DNA from: Vicugna vicugna
Lineage: Eukaryota
Assembly (NCBI GenBank): GCA_013265495.1
Contig: MU058636.1
Coordinates: 1,922,001-1,986,000 of the forward strand
Direction: 5' to 3'
DNA: 64,000 bases
Positions 1 to 13,013 of this stretch are shown here, one piece after another. The first letter of the stretch is position 1, and each line of letters begins with the position of its first letter. Under the pieces are notes generated by a model. The model saw only the letters and a list, made by a program, of their open reading frames with translations, was not told the DNA's origin and did no database searches. The translations under genes were made by a program, and so were the position numbers.

Positions 1-1384
1 AAAAAGAATTGTGGCGAACGTGACGAAGCTGAGCTATCCTGTGGGCCTTTCAACTGAGCGGGAGTGCTCTCTGGAGAGTAAAACACAGTCAACAAATTTG
101 TTCGAAGAACCATTTGGAAAACTACTTCTTGCTAGGACCTGAAAAACGGTCATGTTTCACTCTGGAACAGTCCATTGGTTTTATTTTAAATGGAAGACTA
201 GTTTCTTTCCCACAACCATGCAGTACAGCATATCCATGTTTAAGCAGTTTTAGGGCACAAAAACCTTCTGGGAGTCCTATTCTGACCTGGTGGCAGCTTT
301 CTTTACTGAAGCATGCCATTTTTCATCTATTGATATTTAGTGATCCTCATACCTGTGTAGAAAGGTTTAACTAACTGAAAGCAAGCTTTGTGCCAAAATG
401 TTTTCTTGGGGAAAGGTGATGGCCATGCATTTTTAAAATAAAATGGAATTAGCTATTTATAAGTACGTACCCCCCCTTCATCTTTCATCTTAGTACCCCT
501 TGGGCCTAGCACAGAAATAAGTATTCAACAAAAGTTTGTCAAATAAAAAAATTTTTTTTTCTTCCTCATGCAGGCTTCCTCTTCATCTTTCTTATCCAAA
601 GTCTTCCCTGGTATATAAGTAAGTCTCCCTCCTCCACATTTAATATCTCATTACCTGACTGTTTTTCAGCTAAATAACAGGAGCCTTCAACACCACCACC
701 AAAATAATCACTGATAACTAAGAGTTAATGAAAGTGCCTTTTTAGTTACAAAAAGGAGAGCCAAGTAGTTCACAATTAAACCTAAGAGGATAATTTACAA
801 TAGATCCATGTGAACTATCCAAGAAGAAATGAATAACCAATCTAACTTGTATGATGGCCACAATTAGAACTACCCTTTTAGGATCAAAGGACTAGACTTT
901 TAGATCGAAGGGGACCTTAACACCAGCTCACCAGGTCTGGTGTCCTATCCAATCCCAACCAGTCTTTGCCCAGTATCCCTACCCTCCATCTCTTCCCAAA
1001 CACCTCCCCCCCCATCTTAGGCTAGCAGTTCACTAGAAGGCAGATAAAGTAAGATAAACAGCAAGGGCAAAGGACGGCAACTAGAATGTGTAAGTCAAGG
1101 CTCTGAATATGAATTTTCTGACACTAAGGAAAGAGTACCACAGTTATTGAAATATTGAAATCCCCCTCCTCTGAGCCACTATCAGCACACAGTGCAGTTA
1201 AGGCCGCGGAGAATATGTTTCCATCCTTTAAATACTAATTGGAAAATCTCAACATTATTCACAAAAGGTTGAACTTACAATAGAAGGGAAATGGGGGTGG
1301 CATCCTATCATTCAAGGAATTTAAAGCTTTTAAACATTTACAGTTCTCACTTTTAAGCTCCTCACTGTATGCTTCTTTATTCAA

Positions 1385-2055
1385 GAAAATCTGTAATAAC
1401 AAGTGTTGGCAAAGATGTGAATAACTGGAGCTCCCACACACCGCAAGTGGGAATGTAAGATGGTACAACCACTTCGGAAGACTCTTTGACAGTGACTATC
1501 AAAACTGACGTGTGCCTCCTCCTATCAGCTAGGAATCCGACTCGAGGATATCAGCCAAAGAGAAACGGGTGTTTATGGCCATCAAAAACACGTAAAACAC
1601 TGTTCATAGCAATGTTGTTCCCCATGACACAAAATTGGAGACAACCTAAAAGTTCTTCAACAAAAGAATGGATAAATAAGAGGTATAGTCTATTCATACT
1701 AAGGAACAGCACCTAGCAATGAAAAACAAACCAACCCCAAAACCACTGTTACTAAGAACAAGGTTGAATCTCATAATCACAATGTTGAGTCAAAGAAGCT
1801 GAACTTAAGCTTAAAAATATACATAATGATGTTTTGTTTTAATGAAGTTGAAAAAACAGGCAAAACTATGGTATTAGAAATCAGAATAGTGGCTACCTTT
1901 GAGGGGTATAATCTGAGAGGGGGCGGAGTTAGAATTGCTCTGTGTCTTGATCAGATAATGATTAGGTAGGTAGTACATATATAAAAACTAATGGAGTTGT
2001 GCTACGAAGATGTATGCATGTTTGCTGTATGCAAATTATGCCTCACTTATAAAAA
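1385..2055 (+). mobile_element. Old L1 (L1M-type) ORF2 end / 3' UTR fragment in FLT3 intron 1
   Basis: L1 hallmarks: TAACAAGTGTTGGCAAAGATGTGAA, GTGGGAATGTAAGATGGTACAACCACTT, AATGGATAAATAA, TAGAAATCAGAATAGTGGCTACCTTTG. Confidence 0.8.
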
Positions 2056-3409
2056 TCTGGAGAGAGATGTAGGAATTTCTGAGACTGTCCCTAAATATGT
2101 AAGAATTCAATGCAGCTTAAATATAGTTGCATGTACTGATGTTTATACTTTAAGAAAGCCTTTTTATGCTACTGGAAAATTCACTTACTACTTAATGTTA
2201 TACACAGCAGAAAGCTTTTTGTCACAGACTGAAAAACATATTGAACTATACATTTGAAATATACATATTTATCAGTTAACAGAGATGTTTAGGAAATGCA
2301 AGATGTTTGCCCACTCCTTTATGCTACATTTTTTTACTCTGCAATTCTGAATTATTTACAACAAAAGCTATTGGAAATAATTCTTGCACTTCTATACTGC
2401 CAATATTTTCTCTCTATGTGCCACAGAGGCTTCAAGTTAGAATGCTCGAATTTTGGAGCTGGAGGAGACACAGCTGGATTCCCTCACTGGACAGAGGAGG
2501 ACGCCGGGACCAGGGGCAGTGAGCGCTGGTCCCAAGGTCGCAGAACTAGGACAGGGACCTTAGGCTCCCTAGCTCCCAAAACTGTCTCCTGCACCATATA
2601 AGCAAATCAACCCGCTCATGTCTCCAAATAGATGAACTGGATCTAAAGGGGAATATTTTTTCCCTAGTAACAGTTGTTCCACCTAGATTATTTGGGAATG
2701 GTCAGCTGAGTCCTTGAAAATCCTCTTGGGGTTTAATGTCAGGATAAAAATCTAGTACAGGAGGAGAGGGTAGCTAGTATTTTAAGATGTAAAACCCGTT
2801 TCCAAATTTCCAAAGTAACTATTCATTGATCCAACTGAAATTCGGCGGGGTGGGGGTCGTTACCCAAGACGACTCGCTTGGGAAAGCGAGAACGCGGGCA
2901 CATTTCCCCATCAGAGTTCACTCCTTAAATCAAAACCTCAAAAGAAGAGTTGAAGACGCCCCCCAGGAGTCTCTGGTGGCCAGGGTCGGTGCAGGCGAGG
3001 TCCGGGCCACCTGGCGCCCAGCTCCGGGCCGCAGACTCGGGCGGCCTGCCCACACCCGGGCGCGCGGGCCGAGCGGGCGGCCAGGGAGGCGGGCGGTGGG
3101 GCCCCGGCCCCGGCCCCGGGCAGCGCTTCGGCGAGGCCGCCGGGGGAGTCGGGGCCGCCGGCGGGGGCCGCGGGCCGAGCCGGAGCGGCGACGCGAGAGG
3201 AGGGGAGGAGGACGTGGGGTGGGCAAGGCCGGGGACGCGGGCGAGTTCTGGGCGAGTCGAGAGGGCGCGAAAGAGGGGAGGCGCGCAGGAGCGAGGGAAG
3301 GAGCGGGGCGGGGAGGAGCGGAGCGCGGCGGCGGGGACGGAGGAGGCGCGCGCCGGGTCCCCGCGCCGGGAGGGGGCCGGGGGCCGCGGGGGCTCGAGCG
3401 GGGCCTTAC

Positions 3410-3452
3410 CGAGCAGCGGCAACCGGCCGCCGAGGCGCGCCAACGCCGGCAT
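3410..3452 (-). CDS. FLT3: FLT3 coding exon 1 (43 nt, start of the signal peptide)
   Basis: Minus strand reads GAGGCC-ATG CCG GCG TTG GCG CGC CTC GGC GGC CGG TTG CCG CTG CTC G|GTAAGG = MPALARLGGRLPLL plus a phase-1 donor at 3409. Matches the recalled FLT3 N-terminus (human MPALARDGGQLPLL) and the known head-to-head synteny with PAN3. Confidence 0.95.
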
Positions 3453-3534
3453 GGCCTCTGGAGCCCGGGGTCCCCAGGCCGCGCCGGCCCAGCCCTGCGA
3501 TGCCGCCCTCCGCGGCGCGCCCCGCGCTGCAGGT
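3453..3534 (-). other. FLT3: FLT3 5' UTR (approximate)
   Basis: Minus strand ACCTGCAGCGCGGGGCGCGCC...GGCATCGCAGGGCTGGGCCGGCGCGGCCTGGGGACCCCGGGCTCCAGAGGCC closely resembles the recalled human FLT3 leader; the TSS position is inferred. Confidence 0.7.
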
Positions 3535-4570
3535 GGCTCGCTTAAGGATGCGCGTCACCGACCGCAAATTCCCTCGGACTGGTGCAAAGTAGAAGGGGGG
3601 GGAGGATCCCTCTCCCCACCGTCAGGGGCTGCGCCGGGGCGCCGGTGCCTGGCGCAGCGCTGCGGCCGAGCCCACGTGCCCGCCGTGGTCCGCAGCCCGC
3701 GCTCCGCGGCGCCCGGGGCTCCCCGGCTGTGGCGGCGGAGACTGGGCGCGGTTCCGCCGGGGAAGTCGCAGGGGCTCTGCGGTTCCAGCTGGGGAGGACG
3801 CACGACAAGAGCTGCCTTGCCCCCGGGAGTCCCTGAACCCTCTCGGGTTTGGGTCCAGGAGCGTGAGGACAGCAGGGAGCCAGCTACCGTCCTCCCCGCG
3901 CGCGCCGGGGTCTCTGAGGCCGCAGGACGCGAGCTAAATCCGCGCCGCACACGGGCGCCTCTGGCCGGCGCGCAGGCGAGCGGAGGGTCGCGTTCCACGC
4001 TCGGTGGAGCCTAATTGCGGACTGATTTTCTTTGTCTCCCCTTCCATCTCCTAGATGCCCAGGACCCAGTCAACAGCGGCAGCAAGAAAAACAGGCTCGG
4101 TTTCAATGTCAACCAAGGCAATGAGGGAGGCTAAAAACCAGCCATAGAAACCAAAGCAAAACACAAAGTGCACCTCCCGGGGATGTTTTCAATTATCCAC
4201 TCCATAATTCTTGTTCTTTGGCACGTAATATTTCAAGTTGAACTGATTTCCTTTGCTGAAGTTGACGATTGGAAAGCCCCTGAGGCTGGCTCTGATTCTG
4301 CTCTCAGCCAGCCCCTGACCTTCACCAGGAATTTGTCCTCTCAGAATCCCAGTTTCCCCACCGTCAGTGGGCAGAGAGGACCAAATGGTTTTAACGTGCC
4401 CCTAGGTTCTAGGAATTCCATGCTTTTAATTATTTTAATCATGTTCTAATCAAGGATGATAATTGACAGTGTTCCTTCTTGGCCATACAACCCTTTTCCT
4501 CAGCTGTAGTCTGTATAGCAGGATAATTTTCTCCCCTAGAGCACAACAGAAACTTCAGACGTGTCCGCCG

Positions 4571-5180
4571 TGGTGCAGCAGCCACTATGGAAAACAGTGT
4601 GGCGGTTTCTCCAAAAATTAAAAATAGAATTACCATGTGATCCAGCAGTTCCACTTCTGGGTATACACTCAAAACAATTGAAAACAGGGTCATGAAAAGG
4701 TATCTGGTACATCCGTATTTATATCAATATTTTTCACAATAGCCAAAAGTGGAAGCAACCCTGATGTCCACTCATAGGTGAATGAATAAACAAAATAAAA
4801 TGAGTGGATAAACAAATGTGGTATATACATACAGTGGGCTATTATTCAGCTTTCTTAAAAAGGATATTCTTGAGGACATGCTAAGTGCTATGAGCCAGTT
4901 ACAGAAACTGTGGTTCTACTTACGTGACTTTCCTGGAGTAGTCACTTTCCTAGAGACAGAAAGTAGAATGGTTGGGTTGGGATGGTAGGAGGGGAGATGG
5001 GGGAATGGAGAGTTGTTTAATGGGTACACAGTTTCAGTTTTGCAAGATGAAAAGTGTTCTGGAGGTTGGTTGCACAACAATGTGCATGTTCTGAACAGTA
5101 CTGTACATTTAAAAATGGTTAAGATGGTGGTAAATTTTATGTTATGTGCATTTTACCGCAATTGAAAGTTTAAAAAATTT
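4571..5180 (+). mobile_element. L1 (L1MA/MB-like) 3' fragment
   Basis: GCAGCCACTATGGAAAACAGTGTGG...AATAGAATTACCATGTGATCCAGCAGTTCCACTTCTGGG...GGTAAATTTTATGTTATGTG, typical of an L1 3' end. Confidence 0.85.
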
Positions 5181-6478
5181 TGTTTAAGCATCTACCTTAG
5201 GTCAGACAGAACTAGAGGAAGACACGTGAGTTAAGTGAGACATGAACAGATAAAAGCAATGAAACGGGTTGGTAATGGGAAGAAAGGTGGGCTATAAGCC
5301 TTCCAATTGCCGAGATCTAATGCGTTACCTTTTATTTACAGCTTGATTACTGCAAGCTTTCAAAGAAACTGCTGAGTACAGGTTTGCAACATATCAGCTT
5401 GGGTGGGGCATTGTTCAAGGTCACAAAATCGTGAAGATATTACTGCTTTTTTTTTAAAGAATCTTAGACACAAGGCAGAAATCTCTGAGAGGGGAAAAAT
5501 AGGAATGCTTTCTATGCACTTGATTCTCCCTGGAAATTGGTGGAGAAGATAATTCTCGAAAAAGCAAATTTTATGGCGGGAAACTTTTCGGAGTATGAGG
5601 GATAGGCTAACATTTAGGAGGTGAGAGGATGTCCATCGCTCCTGGAAGTGTGGCAGGAGTCCTATCTAACATGATACCCAAGTTACTCGTCACAGCAACA
5701 CTTCAGGAAGATAACCCTACATTATCTGGAGCCCTAGACTACATGCCTAGTTATGCACACCCTTGTGTAAAACTTTGATTCCTGAGTTCATAACAAGAAG
5801 CAACCAGGAGGAATGAGATGAAAGAAGAAACAATAGAGAGAAGAGAAGAGTAAGTTTGTTTCTTGGTTGAATGGAGGGTCTTGCATTGGCCCTACAAAAG
5901 ATACATTTTATCTAGATTCTAGACTGCATAGCTATGAGTGAGTGGTCCTTCATCTCATAAACATCTTTCCAGCCCTAAAGTGATGCAAATCTCTCTCTCT
6001 CCCCCTTCAAAACTTGTGACATATCTTCAGTGAAAGTCTATAGGTGAAATGCCGTAATGTCACTTGTAAAATACTAAGCTTTCCAAATAATAAGAGACAA
6101 GCAGAAGGAATGTTTGAATAGGAGTCCTGTGAATTCAGCTGAAATATCAACTGTACAGTACAAATTTACACATCTTTTATTAATAGAGAATTTGAACCTA
6201 CCAATTGGCAAAATCTGACAATACCAAACATTGGCAAGATTTCAGATCAATGGGTAACTCTTGTCTGCTGCTCATGGGAGTCCAAATGGGTGTAAACACT
6301 GTGGAAAATAATTTGCCATCACTTACTGGAATTGAAAATGTGCACACCCTATTCCAGCAGTTTCACCCTTGGACATATGTACACCTTAGAGAAACTCTGC
6401 CCACATGTACCTAGAGCCATGAGCATGAATGTCTGTAGCGTTATCATTTGTAATATCAAAAAATTGGGGAAGTCTAGT

Positions 6479-6565
6479 GGGGTGGGAGTATAGCTCAGTG
6501 GTAGGGCATGTGCTTAACATGTGTGAAGTCCAGGGTTCAATCCCCAGTACCTCCATTTAAAAAAT
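6479..6565 (+). mobile_element. tRNA-derived SINE (camelid Vic-1-like)
   Basis: A-box TAGCTCAGTGG, B-box GGTTCAATCC, followed by CCCAGTACCTCC and an A-rich tail. Confidence 0.8.
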
Positions 6566-7084
6566 TGTATAAAAATTTTTTAATTTAAAAATTGGTGAAC
6601 CATATGACATGTCAGTTAGATCTCAAAAAGCTGTTTAAAAATGATACAAAGTCTGAGAATTACTTCAAAATAATTTGAGGTGGGAGGTTTTAGTGGAGGA
6701 GTCAAAACTGGTCATGAGTGACTAATATTGAACCCAATTGATAATTAAATAAGCTCATTACAATTCTCTTAGAAGTGTTTTGTAGTAAAAAGATTTGGGG
6801 GGTAGGAGGGAAAGGCTTTGAGAAGACTGATTAGTGAAGTCATCCTGAATGTGTAGAAGAGAACTCTTTCCTGGGACATCATCTGTCATTTTACTAACCC
6901 ACCTTAATGAGATTAACTGTAGCATAACCGCGGGAACTGTTTCCAAGATGGAAACTTGGTGGTACACAGGTGAACTGCAAAACTCTGATGGCAGAATTTC
7001 AAGATAACTGTTTATGTCCAAGATGATTTCAAAAGAATTGTCTCCTTAGAATTCTTGGCACTGGATAACGGATGACTTTGCTCT

Positions 7085-7391
7085 CCTAGCTTCCGGTGCT
7101 TTGCTGGGGATCTCCGGTATTCCTTACCTTCTGGTGCATCACCTTGCTCTCTGTCTTCATCTTCACATGGCATTCTCCCTGTGTGTCTGTCTCCATGTCC
7201 ACATTTCCCCTTTGTATGAGTACCTCAGGCACATTGGATTGGGACCCACTCTCATGACCGCATTGTAATGTGATGACCCCTGTAAAAGACCCTATCTCAG
7301 AATGTATAAGGTCACATTCTGAGGTACAAGGGGTTAGGACTCCAAAATATTTAGGGGGCAGGGGAAGGGGGAAGGAATTTAATGTACAACA
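7085..7391 (-). mobile_element. MLT1 (MaLR) LTR fragment
   Basis: CTTCACATGGCATTCTCCCTGTGTGTCTGT...AAGGTCACATTCTGAGGTAC...GGTTAGGACT, characteristic reverse-strand MLT1 sequence. Confidence 0.8.
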
Positions 7392-8989
7392 GACAGGTTT
7401 CAAAATCAATGCCTAGAAATTAATCCATGTGATTCTCCTATAGATTAGTTGTTAATTGCTATATTAAACAGATTTCAATTTGATATTGTTTTTACACAGA
7501 AATATAGCATGGGTAACTTAGAAGTTAACACAAAAATAGGAGCAATTAAAAATTATACTTTCAAAGAGTGTAAGGTAAAAAGGATACAAACTATATGGTA
7601 TGACCCATGTTAGGTTAAAACAAATAAAGAAGTATATATATCTGCCCAGATGACCGGAAGGCAGTACATCAAAGTGCAAACTGGTCATCTCTGACTTGCC
7701 TTAGGAGTGAGATGGAACTAGTTTCTCCAATTAGAAATCTAAGGCTCAGAGCTGTCAGGCGATACGCCCAAGGTCTTTCAGCTAGTAAGAGGCTGATGGA
7801 ATTCAGATTGGCTTGCATCACATCCCCTGCTTTTAACCATTTACCTCAGTATAATAACTGCTACCATCTGAGTGCCGACAAGTTGCCAAACAATGTACTA
7901 ATCACTTTACAACTAGTGTCTCATTTAATTCTAATTACAATGCCGTAGGTTAGGTACCATTATTTCCATACCAAAGAAGTCTAATATGAGCATAAAGTCT
8001 GAAGCTGGGAGAGATGGATGGTTCAAGAGGCCAAAGGACGGAGATCCTAAAAAGAAGACGAGTTGTGAATGTAATGACTTGATGACCGCTGTGATGACTT
8101 AGTGACTACCTGGCCCATCTTAAATTGCCCCCAAGATAACTAAGGATATAGAGGAGTTGAACAAGATAATTAACAAGGAAAAAGTTAGCATATTTATTTG
8201 AATTTATATCTTAACAAGCCAAGAAAATATCTCCATTTTGGACTTCTACGGCACTTTATAAATATTGATGATATACTAGGCTACATCAATTAATCTCAAA
8301 AGCATATGTTATGCCCTCTGATCACACTACAGTAAAGCCAAAGGATTAATGATCTATAATTTTATTCCAAGATCTTAGAAGTTTCTAAACACTCTGCTAA
8401 GTAATATTGGGCTCAAGGAGGAAATCATGAACTCAATTACCAGCGATATATAAAATATTGAAAATAAGAACAAAATTGATAGAATGGGGTAGAGTTTTAG
8501 CCAACCAAGAAAGTCTTACAACCAGCTAATTAATGTACTTCACACAAATGGACTAGAAAAGAGTGGGTCTATGGGATGGGGATGAGGAGGGAGCAAACTT
8601 AGTCCATTCACATATCAATGAAGGACCAAAGGTGACTCTACTGTGCTGGTGTCCAGTAGAGAGGAAAGGCCTTTGAGGAGCCACAACCCTGCAGGGGTAA
8701 GGGTAAAGGGACTAGTTGGTGGGGGAGGGTGGGATAGCATCCTAGATCCCTCCTCTGTAGGGAGCCAGACAAAGAGGACTTCAGGAAGGGCAAAGACAGG
8801 CAGGCCAGCTGAGTGCAGCTTGGCCTAAAGCCTAGCAGTGGAATTTTTAGAGACTGAAAAAGGATTTATTTTTTTCATCCACAGGGCTCATGATTACCAG
8901 AGGCTGCTAAAGTGTAGTAGGGCAGTTTAGCTGGGGTGTATAACACATCCAGACCAAAGAGCAGAAAGGACTGATCAAAAGAAACCAAG

Positions 8990-9705
8990 AATTGAAGACA
9001 GATAACAAGTGTTGGTGAGGATGAAGAGAAATCCAAACCCTCATACATTGCTGGTGGACATGTAAAATGGTGCAGCTGCTTTGGGAAACAGTCAGGCAGT
9101 TCCCCACAAGGTTAAACATACAGTTACCGTATGATCCAGCAGGTCCACTCCTAGGTACATACCTAGGAGAAATGAAAACATAGGTCCACCCAAAAATCTG
9201 TACATGAATGTTCTTAGCAACTTCATTCATCATAGCTCGAAAGTGGAAACAACTCAAATGTTCACTAACTGATGAATGGAAAAAATTTGGTGTATCCATA
9301 GAATGGAATACTATTTGACCAGAAAAAGGGAAGAGAGATACTACAACCTGGTAAACCTTATTTTAAGCTAAGTGCAAGAAACCAGTCACAGAAGACCACA
9401 TGTGATACAATTCCATTAATATGACATGTCCACAATAGGCAAATCAAGAGAGACTGAAAGTAGCTTAGCAGTGTTTTAGGGCTGGTGAGGGGTGTGTGGT
9501 GGGAGGTGGTACAGATGAGGAGTGACAGCTGGTGGGTCTAAGGTTTCTCTAGGGTGGTGATAAAATTCTCTTAACTGAGGTCATGGTGATGGTTGCACAA
9601 CTCTGGGAATATAATATCAACACTGAGTTGTACATTTTAAGTGAGTGACTTTGGTGGCATGGGGATTATATCTCAGTAAATGTATTTTTTTCACAAAAAA
9701 AAAAG
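8990..9705 (+). mobile_element. L1 (L1MB-like) 3' fragment
   Basis: ATAACAAGTGTTGGTGAGGATG...GTAAAATGGTGCAGCTGCTTTGG...GGTGATGGTTGCACAACTCTG...TATATCTCAGTAAA plus an A tail. Confidence 0.85.
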
Positions 9706-11587
9706 GGAAGAAAGAAACAGAATTATATGTGTGCAAAAGTCAACAGCAGAAGTAACCTTGGGTTTAAAAAAGAAATCGTTTGATTCAGGACACAACCCAA
9801 CTAAGGAAACTCTCCCAGCCATCTCATAGGGTTCTCAGAGAAGGGGGTTGAGAGCTGTCCTAGACTCGTTCACATTTTGAGAAAATAGTAACTAACAAAG
9901 AGTTCTTACTGTTGTTTTTGCAGAGTTCTGTGCCTCTGTTTCACTCACTTTTTGTTCTTTTCTCCTTATTTCTCTTGTAGTTTCTTGAAGGAAGATAATT
10001 CAAAAACATGAAAATGTGTTTGTGTCTGATAACAAGATGATAACCGTAAAGCTGGTGACATTTTCTGTTCCTCTCGGGGTCCAGGTGGTGAGTCGGGGGA
10101 GCAGATGATGATGGAAGAAAGGAAACAATTATTAGGGCAGGGGAAAAAGCCACTCCGGCTCAGTGTCAAGAGGTTGACGGAGGAAAAGGGAATGCTAATT
10201 AGTTATCGGTTGTACATTCTCCTGCACAAACCTGTTCACCTAGGGTCTTTGTGCTGCTCCCTGCCTACCCAGGGCACTTTTCTCTTTATCTCTTTCTCCG
10301 CACTCCTCCATGCCCACGCAGAGCTCGTTAGCCTTAGTTTTTATTCTTTCAGACTTCTCTTAGAGGGTAGCCAGCTAAGCTGCTAATGTCTTATTAACTC
10401 CAACCATTCTCTCTTATGGTCCTACCTCTCAGATAATACCTTCTCAATCTTATTTGCTGGCTCCACCTTCTCTCTCTGTCCTGGAGTTAAAGCCTTCTCC
10501 CCACTCTCCCCTCCACCCTCCGGGTCATCACGTCTACTCTTGGTACCCTCTCAATGCCAAAGATTCCGGGTTCTCCATCTGCAGTTTCTCCAGATTCATT
10601 ATGTTCTACCTGGTTGCCACGTCCTGATGCTTGGTGTTGTTTCTGGAATGAAGCATCTCCACTTCCCACCATTTTCCTTACCACGTCCAGTCTGCCTAAC
10701 TCCTATTCCCCAACTAGATTTGTCCTGGACCACTCACACTATCAGTCCCACCTCCCCGCAGCTGTGAGTTAGGTATAGCCTGTAGTTCCCCATGACTGTA
10801 TGTGGCACTGTGTTTGACCCCCTACTATCCACACCCCTAACTTGTACTCCTAGACCTTAACACAATGACTAGCATGTGTATGCTCTCACAAATCATTAAC
10901 TATTTGTTGCATGGCTTGTTGAATTTTTGGACAGGTTTCTAAAACACTTTTTATTAGTATAAAAATTTTCAAACATACACAAAAATTGAGGAAACAATAT
11001 AATGATACATGTATCCATCACTCAGTTTCAACAATCACGATCATTCCGCCATTCCTGGGAATGGACAGAATTCAAGAGTCAATAAAAATATATTAAAAAA
11101 AAGAATCTTTGGAGACAGCACTTTAACTATAAAAGCTTACTTCGACCGGGAGAATTTCAGTCACTCTGGCAAGCTGATAAGGAAATATGTTGGAGCAGGT
11201 TGGTTTTTAAGGGGGAGGAGGACTTCAAATCAGAGTCTACATTTTCAAGTAGAGAGGAAATAAGAGAAATAGTTATTTTTCCATTCCTTCTTTCATTTAT
11301 TAAATGCCTTCTGTGTGCAAGAACCTAGGTGAGACTCCGTCTCTATATACAAAGAGGTGTGTAATCTAATATGGCTTGACAGTCAAATAAATAAATACTT
11401 GCACCAAAGTGTGACAAGGGCTTTGACAGAAATGTGGCAGGCATAACAGGGTCACAAAGGAAAGTGTGGTCAATTCCCTATGAAACATTGCCTCCACCTC
11501 TGGGTCTTAGAAACCGGGCTTTACCCACGAGGAAACTGCTTCACTGCAGTCCTCTCAGATGCTGCTTACTTCCCCCGATTCTGTACA

Positions 11588-11952
11588 CAGTCGGCCCTCT
11601 CTGTCTGTGGGCTCTGTATCCGAAGGTTCCAAATGCAAAGATTCAACCAACCATGGAGGGAAAATATTGGGGGCAAAAAATTCCAGAAAGTATCAAAAAA
11701 GCAAAACTTGAACTTAACACACCCAGGCAACTATTTACGTATTATTTGCAATGTATTTACAGATCTTTACATACTATTTACATGGATTTGGTATTATAAG
11801 TAATCTGGAAGTAATTTAAAGTATACAGGAGGATGTAAAAAGGTTATATGCAAATAACAGACCGTTTTATATAAGGGACTTGAGCATCCTCAGAATCTGG
11901 TATCCATGGGGGTCCTGAAACCAAACCCCTGTGGATACTGAGGGACACCTGT
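11588..11952 (-). mobile_element. MER2/Tigger3-like non-autonomous DNA transposon
   Basis: Ends CAGTCGGCCCTC...GTATCC and GGATACTGAGGGACACCTG are imperfect inverted repeats; internal ATAAGGGACTTGAGCATCC is typical of MER2. Confidence 0.8.
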
Positions 11953-13013
11953 GCGGTGGAGCCTGGGATGTGGGCATTCTCCTAGTTCTTCATTGTCACT
12001 TCTGTACTATTATCTCTTTCTTTTTTCTCTTTTGAAAAGAATATTCTTTTTCTAGCATAAGTATATATCTTTAATACCCCCCAAAATTGAAAAGCACAAA
12101 CTCATACACAAATATCTGTAAGTACCAAATAGTAGCTGCTGACAATTTAATGTTAGTCCATCCAAATTTTTATCTATGCACATATGTATACATAGACATT
12201 TTAAAATATGAATATTCTTAGAAAATAGGAGCATCTTATACACACTCTTTTATAGCTCGCTTTTAAAAAAATCAAAATGCTGTCCACATTGATTTTTCTA
12301 CAAAATTATTTTTAATAGTTAGAAATTCCATCATATGGATGAATCATAATTTATTTAACCAATCAGTGTTTTGGGGGCATTTTACAGCTATTTTTATTTT
12401 AATTAATATTCAGTTATGGTTGCAAATTTTAGAACTTAGCTTTTTGAAGCTTTTGAGCCCAATGTACAAATCTTACTTTATTTATAAATCTAATATAGTT
12501 TGTCTTGTAATTTAAAGCACTCATTGTTACTTGTACTTGGTAAATATTTATCTTATAAATTTAAATTACTCCTTATAATTTATTATTAAATTCCCCTAAA
12601 CACTTAGCAGTTTTATCCAATTCTCCTAGATGTTTCAAACCATAAGTCACACATTCAATAAAATTATCCCTCTTTAGCACCTCAAATACCTAATAAAGCC
12701 TAATCAAATTCCCTCAGCATTTAAAGAGTATTTACACTCATAATAAAGCAAAACTTGTAGATTTGACAATCAGATTTCCTTAAATACTTAAACATTGATT
12801 ATAAATTTAACCAGTTAAATATTTCTGTGTATTTCACTTAAAAAAACCTAAATCTATCAGATTCTCTTAAGCATATCAAATATCTCAAAGTCATGAACAA
12901 AACATGGAAATTGTAACAATGACTACAAAACTTATTACAACACCTAGACAAAAATATTAACATTATGATTTGGCATCTTTTTTTTTTATGATCTAAAAAC
13001 TTATTTTTAGCTA

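Larger units (their letters stand above)
2850..4020. promoter_or_regulatory. FLT3: CpG island / FLT3 promoter
   Basis: Very GC- and CpG-rich block around FLT3 exon 1; GC boxes, RUNX-type ACCGCA at ~3561, E-box CACGTG at ~3673. Confidence 0.9.

Noticed and set aside
2826..4014. Long overlapping ORFs (239, 354, 175, 147 aa) in the FLT3 island
   Set aside because: Stop-poor GC-rich DNA giving low-complexity G/A/R/P peptides; only the first 14 codons of 2925..3452 are FLT3, and the rest reads through the donor into the intron.
6479..6556. tRNA-like sequence (also at ~13014, ~17460, ~30330)
   Set aside because: A/B boxes are present, but A tails, TSDs and divergence mark these as SINEs, not tRNA genes.
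8907..9299. 130-aa minus-strand ORF (similarly 19962..20405 and 41031..41423)
   Set aside because: Chance frames within L1 or Tigger remnants.
12585..12885. CRISPR-like repeat-spacer array
   Set aside because: Repeats are divergent and unevenly spaced, there are no cas-like ORFs, and the context is mammalian.
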